From Acidimicrobiia bacterium (lineage in GTDB: Bacteria; Actinomycetota; Acidimicrobiia; Spongiisociales; Spongiisociaceae): 55,426 bases of DNA. The stretch is taken from NCBI GenBank assembly GCA_009838635.1, contig VXRE01000016.1, forward strand, positions 1 to 55,426. Direction: 5' to 3'. Both the position numbers and the translations under genes were made by a program. The notes under the pieces are model-generated. The model worked only from the letters and a program-made list of their open reading frames with translations, did not search any database and had not been told where the DNA came from. Each line of letters starts with the position of its first letter. The stretch's first letter is position 1. This document shows, piece after piece, positions 35,652 through 44,742 of this stretch.

Positions 35652-36423
35652 CCTGACAGGCTTCGACCTCGGCCCGCGCCGCGTTGACTTCTCGGCCGAC
35701 GACGCCATCCTCTACGCGCTGGCCGTAGGTGCCCCTCCTTCGCACCTGGACCTGGTCTACGAGCAGAGTCTCCGGGTCCTACCTGCATACGGTTGCGCTC
35801 TGGGTCTGTGGGCAGTCCATGCAGCAGGCGAACTCGGCGCTTATGATCGCACCCGATCCCTCCATGTCGGCCAGAGCCTGACGGTGTACCAGCCACTCAG
35901 GCCCGGACCGATCCGCACCCACGGTTGCGTCCGGTCCGTCTTCGACAAGGGAAGGTTCACGATCATCGAGATAGAGGTGATGAGCCCCAGCTTCCGGGCT
36001 GTCTACACCATCCTGCTGCCCGGCATCGGGGGCTGGGGCGGAGATCCACCAGCGCGGTCCGACCGGCCCGCGCCCCTCGTCCCGGACTGGACCGGCACGG
36101 TGGACGTCGGACCTGACGCCGCGGTTCTCTACCGGCTAACCGGAGACAAACATCCCGTCCACATCGACCCGGTCGTAGCGGCCGGCCTGGGACTGAATGG
36201 GCCCATCCTGCACGGCCTGGCCACAATGGGTATGACCGCCCATGCCGTTGCAGCCGCCGTAGGCGCCCATCCGGCTAGCCTGTCGGCCGCTCTGGTCCGC
36301 TTCTCCAATCCCGTCTACCCCGGCTGCGAGATGCAAGTTGCAGCCGAGACCGAGCGAAACGCGGCGCGGGTCGAGACGTCTGTCGATGCGACAACCGTAA
36401 TGTCAGGAACGTTCACGTTCTGA
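35638..36423 (+). CDS. MaoC-like (R)-hydratase, double hot-dog
   Basis: C-terminal GDKHPVHIDPVVAAGLGLNGPILHG hydratase motif, with an N-terminal degenerate hot-dog half. It overlaps the crotonase gene by 14 nt. Confidence 0.75.
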   Translation: MHLSDLTGFDLGPRRVDFSADDAILYALAVGAPPSHLDLVYEQSLRVLPAYGCALGLWAVHAAGELGAYDRTRSLHVGQSLTVYQPLRPGPIRTHGCVRSVFDKGRFTIIEIEVMSPSFRAVYTILLPGIGGWGGDPPARSDRPAPLVPDWTGTVDVGPDAAVLYRLTGDKHPVHIDPVVAAGLGLNGPILHGLATMGMTAHAVAAAVGAHPASLSAALVRFSNPVYPGCEMQVAAETERNAARVETSVDATTVMSGTFTF

Positions 36424-36778
36424 TCATCCCTCGGAACGATCCCCACAGATCCCGTGCCGGCTCTTAGGTTGTGAGGTTCGGAGCGCGTATCGGAGTTGGC
36501 TGGGACCTCGCTATCCCGAAACAGGCCGTTGAAAATGGTGGTCTCCATGAACCGAGCCCTCCGTGGCGGTGGCTCGCCACCGGTGATTCACACCGACCGC
36601 ACAATGTCGGGCGGTTGACCGCGCATCAGCGTCGACCCTATCATGAGTGTGCCAACCGTCGGGGATGAAACCGTGCTGGACCGGTCCTCGGGCCCCACAC
36701 GCTCTGAGGCTTCCGTAGGCTCCACAGAACGTGACCCGGCCGTCCGGCAGCGGGAGTCGATACTACAAAGGGGTAGAG

Positions 36779-37504
36779 GTGACACGAGCGAGACTAGGGA
36801 GAATCACGGGGTGGCTATTGGTCGTCGGGCCTGTGGTTGACGTTGTAGTTAGTAGTATTCGGCCAGGCAGTTTTCCTGGAGAAAACGCTGACGGAGTCCA
36901 AGCTGCAATGCAGGCCGCCATTCAAGCCATGGTGCCGGACAGTACCTTGATAAGTCTCCTGACTTACATCGGATTCGTAGCCGCCTTCGGGATGCTGCTG
37001 GGCTTCTGGGGTGTTAACGAAGTCATAGGCGGTACGGGCAATGAGGGGTACCTGAGGAAGGTCGGTCTCTTGCTCCTTACGATCGCACTGGCAGTGCGTA
37101 CCGTGTCCCTTGCGATGAGCTTCTTGACATCTGTGACGCTCAGCTATTCACCGGCCGAAGGCATAGCATCGGGAGAATCCATCGCCTCGGCCATCACGTT
37201 CACCGTGATAGGAGGGGCGGTCGGTCTCTTCGCGACGGTTCTTGCCCTGGTGGGTGTGGCATTCTGGGCTGTATCCCTGATGAATGCCGACCTGATCGGT
37301 GCGGACAAGCCTCTCGCGATCTGGTTGGGCGTGGCCCCGGCGATTGTCGGGTCCTTCCTCCTGTTCGTAGCGACCTTTATAGAAGGCAGCATCTTTACCC
37401 TGTACCTGTTGGGTAATCTCACCGTGTTCGTTCAGGTCGCCTGGGTCGTCCTGGTAGGCGTAGCGTTCATCAGGAAGAGCGATTCCTTGGTCACCGCCGC
37501 TTGA
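36779..37504 (+). CDS. hypothetical polytopic membrane protein (low-GC gene)
   Basis: About 6 hydrophobic segments and no recognisable motif. GC is clearly lower than its surroundings, about 50% in the sampled 60-nt stretch 36841-36900. GTG start is chosen; the track start is 36731. Confidence 0.55.
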   Translation: MTRARLGRITGWLLVVGPVVDVVVSSIRPGSFPGENADGVQAAMQAAIQAMVPDSTLISLLTYIGFVAAFGMLLGFWGVNEVIGGTGNEGYLRKVGLLLLTIALAVRTVSLAMSFLTSVTLSYSPAEGIASGESIASAITFTVIGGAVGLFATVLALVGVAFWAVSLMNADLIGADKPLAIWLGVAPAIVGSFLLFVATFIEGSIFTLYLLGNLTVFVQVAWVVLVGVAFIRKSDSLVTAA

Positions 37505-37606
37505 TCAGCCACCGAACGGGCGGCTTGTTCGCCGCCGGGTGACGTTGGCCGGGGCGGGCCGACGGGCGCCACCAATTCGGGGATCGGTGAGTCCGGTCGG
37601 GCGCGG

Positions 37607-38665
37607 GTGATGCCGGTCACTGACCAACTGAGTTTTCCCGGCTACGAGCAGGTGACGGTGTTCACCGATGCGGAACCGGGCCTCGAGGCCATCGTGGCGA
37701 TCCATGACACCACGCTGGGTCCGGCGTGCGGCGGGACCCGCATCTGGCCCTACGCGAGCCAGGGGGAGGCGCTCCAAGACGTCCTGCTGCTGGCTCGCGC
37801 CATGACCTACAAGTCGGCGGTGGCCGGCCTCGACATCGGCGGCGGCAAGGCGGTCATCATCGCCGATCCCCGCGCCGGCTTGAGCGAGGCCCTCCTGCGG
37901 GCCTTCGGGCGTTGCCTCAACACCCTTGAGGGACGTTTCGTGACCACCGCGGACGTGGGAGGGACCGGCCGGGACATGGAGATCGTCAACCAGGAGACGG
38001 ACCATGTGGTGGGCCTGCCGGAAGCCCAGGGGGGCAGCGGGGACAGTTCCATCATGAGCGGCCTGGGACTCTACGTCGGCATGAAGGCCTGCGCCAAGGC
38101 GGTCTGGGGGAGCGACAGCCTCCGGGGCCGGCGGGTGGCCATGCAGGGCTTCGGCAAGGTGGGTACCCAAGCCGCTCGTCATCTGCTGGACGAGGGCGCC
38201 CACCTGGTGGCAACCGCCCTTCACGACAGCACCCTGAGGAAGGCCCGGAGCATGGGCGCCGAGGTGGTGGCGCCGGAGGAGATCTACGACGTGGACTGCG
38301 ACATCTTCTCTCCGTGCGCGCTAGGCGGCGTGATCAACCGCGACACCATCCCCCGCCTGACCTGCCGGATAGTGGCCGGCGCCGCCAACAATCAACTGGC
38401 CACTGCCGCCGACGGCGAAGAGCTGCACCGGCGGGGCATCCTCTACGCCCCGGATTTCGTCATCAACGCCGGGGGCATCATCAACCTGTCCGTGGAGGTC
38501 GGCAGGTCCTACGACCCGGAGGTGGCCAGAAGGAAGACGGAGGGAATCTACGAGGTGGTGGAGCGGGTCATCCAAGTCTCGGGACACGAAGGAATGCCCA
38601 CCACATGGGCAGCCAACAGGCTGGCCGAAGATCGTCTCGCCGCGGCCCGATCCGCTCGGCCCTGA
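37607..38665 (+). CDS. Leu/Val/Phe dehydrogenase (Glu/Leu/Phe/Val dehydrogenase family)
   Basis: GPACGGTRIWPY..AMTYKSAVAGLDIGGGKAVI holds the catalytic Lys block. GFGKVG is the NAD-binding motif. Length is ~350 aa. Confidence 0.9.
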   Translation: MMPVTDQLSFPGYEQVTVFTDAEPGLEAIVAIHDTTLGPACGGTRIWPYASQGEALQDVLLLARAMTYKSAVAGLDIGGGKAVIIADPRAGLSEALLRAFGRCLNTLEGRFVTTADVGGTGRDMEIVNQETDHVVGLPEAQGGSGDSSIMSGLGLYVGMKACAKAVWGSDSLRGRRVAMQGFGKVGTQAARHLLDEGAHLVATALHDSTLRKARSMGAEVVAPEEIYDVDCDIFSPCALGGVINRDTIPRLTCRIVAGAANNQLATAADGEELHRRGILYAPDFVINAGGIINLSVEVGRSYDPEVARRKTEGIYEVVERVIQVSGHEGMPTTWAANRLAEDRLAAARSARP

Positions 38666-38703
38666 CGTCCTGGGCTATAACCGGCTTCGACCACCGGTGG
38701 GGT

Positions 38704-40542
38704 CTAGCCCGAGGGGGCGGGGTGCTTGACGGTGCCTCGCTGCCATGCCTCGTGGAGATGCCGGTACGGTCCGGGTTCGCCGACCAACAGCCGGTGCGGG
38801 CCGTCCTGGACTATCCGGCCTACATCGAAGACCAGTACTCGGTCGGTGGTCTCGGCCGTAGAGAGCCGGTGGGCGATGGTAATCACCGTGCGCCCCTCCG
38901 TGAGACCATCCAGAGCTCTCGATATCCTGACCTCTGTTGCGGGGTCGACCGCCGAGGTGGCTTCGTCCAGCACCAGCAGGTCGGGGTCGGCGATGGCGGC
39001 GCGGACCAGGGTGACCAGCTGTCGCTCGCCCACCGACAGGGACGACCCTCGTTCCCCGACCTGGGTGTCGAGTCCCTGACCGAGTTCGGACAGCCAGCCG
39101 GTCAGGCCCAGGCTCACGAAGGCTCGCTGGACTTCCGCCCGGTCCGCGCCGGGCTTGCCCATCTGGACGTTCTCGAGGATGGTCCCGCGGAACAGCATCC
39201 CGTCCTGGGGGACCATGACCACCCGGCGGCGTAGCGAGGAGAACCGTACCCGGGTGACATCGACGCCACCCAGCAGCACCTTTCCCTCGGAGGCGTCCAT
39301 CAGCCGGGTGGCCAGCTTGGCGAAGGTGGTCTTGCCCGACCCGGTCTCCCCCACGACGGCCACATGGGACCGCGGGCCGATTTCCACCGAGACGCTCGCC
39401 ATCGCGGTGGTGCCGGTGGCCTCCCTGGCGGCTTCGCCCGGCCTCGGGTAGCGGAAGGTCACGCCCTCGAAGCGGATCTCGAGCGAACCGGCGGGCAGGC
39501 TCACGCCGTCATCGCCGGGGTCGGCCACGTCGGGGGGAATGTCGAGAACGTCCAGCACTCGCTTCCATCCGGCCGTCGCGCTTTGGGCCTCGTTTATGGC
39601 CTCGCCCAGCAGGCTGAGGGGGAGGATCATCAGCTGGACCAGGAACATGAACGCCACCACCGTACCGATCGAGGTGTCGCCGCCGGTCACCAGTACGGCG
39701 CCCACCACCAGCACCCCCGCGGTAACGGCCGAGGTGAACAACTCGCTGACGCCCGAGAAGCCGGAGGCCATCCCACCGGCGCGGACCGCTGCGGTCCGGT
39801 GCTCCTCGATGACGTGGTCCAGGTCGGTGCGCACCCGATCCTCGATCCCGTAGGCCCGGATCACCGGCGCGCCGGCCACAGCCTCCGCCAGAGCGCCCAG
39901 CATGCGTCCTACCTTCTCCCGTACGACCAGATGGGCGGCTATCAAGCGTTTCTGGAACCAGCGCATCGAGTAGAGGATGAGCGGCAGGAGGGCCATGACG
40001 GTGAGGAACATCTGCCACGAGTAGGCCGCCATGACGGCCATGGACAGGACCGCCTGGCCGCCGTTGACGAGGATCATCAGGCCACCCCACTGCAGGAAGC
40101 GGCTGATCTGGTCGATGTCGGAGGTGACGCGAGCCACCAGCACGCCCCTCTGCTCCGATGCCTGATGGAGCATGGAGAGGTCGTGGATGTGACGGAAGGC
40201 TCGGACCCGCAGGTTGGACAGCGCTACTTCCGAGACGACCGCAAGACGCAGGTGCATCAGCCCGGTGGCTACGGCCGTGATCACCACTGCCCCGAGAGAC
40301 ACCACCACCATGCCGACCACGAAGCCCATGTCAACGCCGGCTTCGGCCAGACCCCCGTCCAGTACCTGCTGGATAGCCACCGGGATGATGACCCGTCCGG
40401 CGGTCGCGACAACGGCCAGAGCGATGGTCACCAGCATCCCCCGGCGGATCTCGGGAGACAGGCTCAGGCCTCGCTTGACGGTGGTCCAGGCCTCGGTGCT
40501 GCCGCGCTCCCGCGTCTCCTTGCGCTCGGTGCCGATGATCAT
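38704..40542 (-). CDS. ABC exporter, fused permease/ATP-binding subunit (heterodimer partner B)
   Basis: Six N-terminal TM segments, then Walker A GETGSGKTT, signature LSVGERQ and Walker B LLVLDEATS. Confidence 0.9.
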   Translation of the reverse strand: MIIGTERKETRERGSTEAWTTVKRGLSLSPEIRRGMLVTIALAVVATAGRVIIPVAIQQVLDGGLAEAGVDMGFVVGMVVVSLGAVVITAVATGLMHLRLAVVSEVALSNLRVRAFRHIHDLSMLHQASEQRGVLVARVTSDIDQISRFLQWGGLMILVNGGQAVLSMAVMAAYSWQMFLTVMALLPLILYSMRWFQKRLIAAHLVVREKVGRMLGALAEAVAGAPVIRAYGIEDRVRTDLDHVIEEHRTAAVRAGGMASGFSGVSELFTSAVTAGVLVVGAVLVTGGDTSIGTVVAFMFLVQLMILPLSLLGEAINEAQSATAGWKRVLDVLDIPPDVADPGDDGVSLPAGSLEIRFEGVTFRYPRPGEAAREATGTTAMASVSVEIGPRSHVAVVGETGSGKTTFAKLATRLMDASEGKVLLGGVDVTRVRFSSLRRRVVMVPQDGMLFRGTILENVQMGKPGADRAEVQRAFVSLGLTGWLSELGQGLDTQVGERGSSLSVGERQLVTLVRAAIADPDLLVLDEATSAVDPATEVRISRALDGLTEGRTVITIAHRLSTAETTDRVLVFDVGRIVQDGPHRLLVGEPGPYRHLHEAWQRGTVKHPAPSG

Positions 40543-42392
40543 CGATCCCTCGCGTCGTAGGCATCGATCAGCGCCGCGTAGTCGGGCAGCCGGTCGTACA
40601 GGTCGATGTGGGACCCCCGATCGACCACCCGGCCGGCATCGACATAGATCACTTCGTCCGCCAGCAGGATCGAGGTGCGGCGGTAGGCGACGATCACGAC
40701 CGTGGTGTCGATTCGCCAGAGACCGGCCAGGATGGCGGCCTCGACCGCCGGATCGACCGCGGAGGTGGCATCGTCGAGTACCAGGAGGCGCGGATGACGG
40801 ACCAGCGCCCGGGCGAGGGCTACCCGCTGCCGCTGGCCGCCCGACAGAGCAGCTCCACGCTCGCCGACTTGGGTGGAGTAGCCCTCGGGCAGTGCGAGGA
40901 TGAACTCGTGGGCCTGGGCAAGGCGGGCGGCCGACTCGATCTCGTCGGTGCTGAAGTCGCCGCCCAAGGTGATGTTGTCGCGAACGCTCGTGTCGAACAG
41001 GAACGCCTCCTGGAAGACGAGGGCGGCGGAGCCGGCCATGGCCTGCCGGGAAAGGTCGGGTAGGGCTGCGCCGTCCAGCCGGATTGCGCCCGAGTCCGCG
41101 TCGAACAGCCGCACCAGCAGCTGGGCGATGGTCGACTTCCCCGAACCGGTGGGGCCGACCAGGGCAACGGTCTGGCCGGCCGGTGTCAGGAAGGAGATGT
41201 CCTCGACTCCCCTCCGATGGCCGTCCTCGCCGGTGGCCCTCGACGTCAACGTCCCGTTCGCCTTCTCGTCCAGGTCACTCAACTCGGTCTCAGGATGCAG
41301 GTACGACACCTCGTGCGCGGTGGCGGTTGCGCCGCCGGTGGCAGAGACGTCGCGCTGTCCGTAGACGAAGTTGTTGGGATCGTTGAGTACCGCGTTGACC
41401 CGCTGCTTGCCGACCACCGCTCCGGGCATCACGCCCAGCAACCATGCAAAGATGCGCATCGGCATGGCGATAAGCCGGAAGAGGAAGGCGAAGGTAACCA
41501 GGGTGCCGGCGGTCATCACCCCTTGGTCGACCCGCCAGGCACCCACCGCGGTGACGGCAAGTACGCCGATGGTGGGAAGGGCCTCCATCACGGGGTCAAA
41601 GATGGCCCTGACCCTGCCTATCTCCACCATGTTGTACCGCAGCCGATCCGAAAGACCGCCGAAGCGGCTGGTCTCGGTAGCCTCCCGGCCCAGCGTCTTG
41701 ACCACCAGGGCGGCGTCGAAGGACTCGTGCGCCGCCTCCGCCACTTCTGCCCGCGTGCGCTGGGCGGCGGCAGCGGCGATCCGCATCTTGCGCTGGTAGA
41801 AGACGTTGTTGACCATGATCGCCGGCCCCATCAGGAATCCGACCAGAGCGAGGAAGGGGTCGGTCAGCAGCAGCAGGACCGCGGTGATGGCCAGCATCAG
41901 GGCTACCCCGAAGGCCATGGGAAGGGGCGCCGCGATCTGGGCGGCGGTCTCCACGTCGGAACTCACGTTCGAAAGGAGCTGGCCGGTGGGATGGCGTCTA
42001 TGCCACTCGATGGGAAGGTCGAGGTAGCGGTTGGTCACATCCACCCGGTCGCGCTGTTCCAGCCGGTACTGGGCGCGAAAGGCGCCGTACCTCCGGAGCG
42101 ACAGACCCGCTCCCTTCATCGCTCCGACGGCCAGCAGGATCAGGACCATCACGACGAGCGACGCAGTGGTCACGTCGCCACGCCGGGCAGCGGGGATCAG
42201 AACGCTGTCGGTGGCCCACCCGACCGCGTACGAGAAGGCGATGGTGCCGACCGAGTGAACGGCCGTAAAGCCGAAGCCGAACGCGAACTCGCGGGGCGCC
42301 CGCCGGAGTTGCTGGACTATCAACCGGTAGCCGTGGCCCAGGACCGTCCGTTCCGGACGGCGTGCTTCCTCGAGGATGGTGTCAGCGGTCAT
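40539..42392 (-). CDS. ABC exporter, fused permease/ATP-binding subunit (heterodimer partner A)
   Basis: Six TM segments, then Walker [10 protein letters not shown], signature LSGGQRQ and Walker [10 protein letters not shown]. It overlaps its partner by 4 nt. Confidence 0.9.
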   Translation of the reverse strand: MTADTILEEARRPERTVLGHGYRLIVQQLRRAPREFAFGFGFTAVHSVGTIAFSYAVGWATDSVLIPAARRGDVTTASLVVMVLILLAVGAMKGAGLSLRRYGAFRAQYRLEQRDRVDVTNRYLDLPIEWHRRHPTGQLLSNVSSDVETAAQIAAPLPMAFGVALMLAITAVLLLLTDPFLALVGFLMGPAIMVNNVFYQRKMRIAAAAAQRTRAEVAEAAHESFDAALVVKTLGREATETSRFGGLSDRLRYNMVEIGRVRAIFDPVMEALPTIGVLAVTAVGAWRVDQGVMTAGTLVTFAFLFRLIAMPMRIFAWLLGVMPGAVVGKQRVNAVLNDPNNFVYGQRDVSATGGATATAHEVSYLHPETELSDLDEKANGTLTSRATGEDGHRRGVEDISFLTPAGQTVALVGPTGSGKSTIAQLLVRLFDADSGAIRLDGAALPDLSRQAMAGSAALVFQEAFLFDTSVRDNITLGGDFSTDEIESAARLAQAHEFILALPEGYSTQVGERGAALSGGQRQRVALARALVRHPRLLVLDDATSAVDPAVEAAILAGLWRIDTTVVIVAYRRTSILLADEVIYVDAGRVVDRGSHIDLYDRLPDYAALIDAYDARDR

Positions 42393-42395
42393 CCA

Positions 42396-43619
42396 TCACC
42401 CTGGCTGGAAGTCCGACCCACCACCGAAACCGCCGTCACCGTGAGCCATGGCGACCGCGGCGTGGAGTGCCACTCCGGTGGCCATGGCGTCTTCGTCGAA
42501 GACGACGCGGTTGGAGTGGTTGTTGGGAACCCGGCCCGGCTCTCGCCCGGGTGGGCAGGTGCCCAGGTATGCCATCGTGCCCGGTACTTCGTTGAGAACG
42601 TAGGAGAAGTCCTCGCCACCCATGGAAGGCCACGGCGGTTCGCCCACCGAGTCCGCTCCGAGCGTCCGGGTTGCAACGGAGCGGACGAAGCCCGTGTAGC
42701 CGGGATCGTTGACCGTGACGGGGTAGCCGACGCCGAACTCGACCTCCGCCTCGACGCCATGGGCGGCGGCCACGTTGCGGGCCACGCGGCGCAGGATGGC
42801 GTGGAGCTCGGTGCGGGTGGTCTCTGAGAGGGCCCGGACGGTGCCCAGGAGCTGCGCGGTCTCGGGGATCACGTTGTGGGTGGTTCCGGCATCGATCCTG
42901 GCGAAGGTGATCACGCCCGGCTCGAATACGTTGATGCGGCGGGTCACGGCCGTCTCGACCGCCAGGATGATCTCGGCGGCCACCGGAACCGGGTCGAAGG
43001 CCAGGTGGGGAGCGGAGGCGTGCCCCCCGACGCCGCGGATGGTGATGGCCACCTCATCGGTGGCGGCCATCTGCGGCCCGGCCCGGAACCAGACGGTGCC
43101 GGACGGATAGAGGTTGGACACGTGGACGGCGAAGGCGCCGGAAGGCCTCTCCCCGGCGGTGTCGAGCAGGCCCTCCTCGAGCATGTGCCGAGCGCCGAAG
43201 AAACCTTCCTCCCCCGGCTGGAACATGAACAGCACCGAGCCGGCCAGCTCGTCCCGCCGGGATGCCAGGAGGCGGGCCGCTCCCGCCAGCATGGCGGTGT
43301 GCATGTCGTGACCGCAGGCGTGCATGAAACCGGTGCGCTCGCTGGCAAAAGGCAGGCCGGTGTCCTCGAGAACGGGGAGCGCGTCCATGTCGCCCCGGAG
43401 GAGGATGGTCGGGCCAGGCCGGGCACCTCGGAGCACCGCCGCCAGCCCGCTGGTGGTCTCGTGCTCGGTGATGTCGAGCGGCAGCGACTCCAGCTCGCCG
43501 AGCACCAGGGCGCGGGTCAGGGGAAGGTGGTTACCTCGTTCGGGGTTCCGATGGAGCCGGCGGCGGAGGTCCACCGTTCGGGGAAGGAGGGACCTGGCCT
43601 CCGGGAGTAAGGAGCGCAC
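42396..43619 (-). CDS. M20 family amidohydrolase (N-acyl-amino-acid / hippurate hydrolase type)
   Basis: RRLHRNPERGN, MHACGHDMH and FQPGEEG blocks. The GTG at 43619 avoids a 38-nt overlap with the upstream nitroreductase (track start 43700). The stop lies 3 nt before the ABC gene start. Confidence 0.8.
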   Translation of the reverse strand: MRSLLPEARSLLPRTVDLRRRLHRNPERGNHLPLTRALVLGELESLPLDITEHETTSGLAAVLRGARPGPTILLRGDMDALPVLEDTGLPFASERTGFMHACGHDMHTAMLAGAARLLASRRDELAGSVLFMFQPGEEGFFGARHMLEEGLLDTAGERPSGAFAVHVSNLYPSGTVWFRAGPQMAATDEVAITIRGVGGHASAPHLAFDPVPVAAEIILAVETAVTRRINVFEPGVITFARIDAGTTHNVIPETAQLLGTVRALSETTRTELHAILRRVARNVAAAHGVEAEVEFGVGYPVTVNDPGYTGFVRSVATRTLGADSVGEPPWPSMGGEDFSYVLNEVPGTMAYLGTCPPGREPGRVPNNHSNRVVFDEDAMATGVALHAAVAMAHGDGGFGGGSDFQPG

Positions 43620-43662
43620 CGACCCGAGATTACACCCGGGAGGCAGGTCAGTTGTCAGTGGT

Positions 43663-44163
43663 CTACGCGCCGTACGAGTTGTGGTGGATGATTTCCTCAA
43701 GCGGTTTACGGCCTCCGGCCTTCGCCGGGCGCGAGGCCGGAGAGGGATATCCCAGCGCGATCGCGTACCGGCAGCGCCGACCCTCGGGGATCTCGAGCAC
43801 CTCGTGGGCTTTCTCGTTGTCGTGGAGGGTGATCGGGCAGGACACCATGCCTATGGCGGACGCCGCCAGCATGATGTTCTGGGCCATCCGGCCGATGTCG
43901 AACCCGTAGGTGCTGCCCTCCTGCACGAGGGCCAGTGCCACCGGCGCCTTCGACAGGGGGCCGGCGAAGCTGGCGCACCCCGCCAGGCGGTCCATCTGCC
44001 GGCGCTCGTCCACCACGATGATGGACCAGTTCTGGCGGTTCTTGGCGCTCCCGGTCCAGCGGGCGGCTTCGAGAACCCGGCGGAGGTCCTCCGGCTCGAC
44101 TGATCGATCGGCGTACTCACGGATAGCCCTGAGGCGCAGGATGGTGTCGTATGTGTTGCTCAT
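43663..44163 (-). CDS. nitroreductase family protein
   Basis: RAIREYADRSVEPEDLRRVLEAARWTGSAKNRQNW is typical of the nitroreductase N-terminus. Start is set at MSNTYD. Confidence 0.75.
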   Translation of the reverse strand: MSNTYDTILRLRAIREYADRSVEPEDLRRVLEAARWTGSAKNRQNWSIIVVDERRQMDRLAGCASFAGPLSKAPVALALVQEGSTYGFDIGRMAQNIMLAASAIGMVSCPITLHDNEKAHEVLEIPEGRRCRYAIALGYPSPASRPAKAGGRKPLEEIIHHNSYGA

Positions 44164-44233
44164 GGGCGCCCACGATACCGCCGCTCCGGGGTAGCAGGGA
44201 TACGGGGCGCCGTGGCAGGTAGGCTGGCCGGCC

Positions 44234-44740
44234 ATGAGCGATCCCACCCCGAGCCCTCCAGAAGTCGCTCGGAGCGGTAATGCTCCATCCTCTCAACGCC
44301 CCCTCCTTCTCTGGTCCGGGGCGGCACTGGCCGCACTCGTGGTGCTGGCCGCGGTCTTCTCGTTCGTGGGCGACGCCGAGCTCGACCCGGACACGCCGGA
44401 GGGAGTGGTCCAGGACTACCTCCGGGCGGTGATCGCCGGCGACCGGCCGGCAGCCCGGTCCTATCTCGCCGAAGAACTTGACGGCTGCGGCACCCGATTC
44501 CCCCGGTACCTGGCCGACCAGGCCTTCCGGATCGAATGGCTCGACACCAACGTCGACACGGGCGAGGCCTGGGTAACCGTGTCGGTGACCGGGTCCGACC
44601 CAGGGATCTTCGGCGGCGGTCGCCCCGAGACCTACGAGTTCCGGTTGACCTCGGCAGCCGGCGGTTGGCGCATCACCCACCAGGAGTGGCCGTGGTACGA
44701 GTGCTCGGCGGACTTTCCCAAACCCGGGCCGGAGGGTTGA
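44234..44740 (+). CDS. hypothetical membrane-anchored protein
   Basis: Single N-terminal TM segment (LLLWSGAALAALVVLAAVFSFV), followed by a ~110-aa domain that looks NTF2/SnoaL-like by eye. That fold guess has low certainty. Confidence 0.55.
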   Translation: MSDPTPSPPEVARSGNAPSSQRPLLLWSGAALAALVVLAAVFSFVGDAELDPDTPEGVVQDYLRAVIAGDRPAARSYLAEELDGCGTRFPRYLADQAFRIEWLDTNVDTGEAWVTVSVTGSDPGIFGGGRPETYEFRLTSAAGGWRITHQEWPWYECSADFPKPGPEG

Positions 44741-44742
44741 CC

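Noticed and set aside
36685-36698. TCCTCGGGCCCCAC, which resembles the tRNA-Lys 3' end (CCTCCGGGCCCAC) and could be an attR-like island boundary.
   Set aside because: It is only a short, gapped and imperfect match in GC-rich sequence. By eye it is not distinguishable from chance, and no integrase is present. It is mentioned only as something to test computationally.
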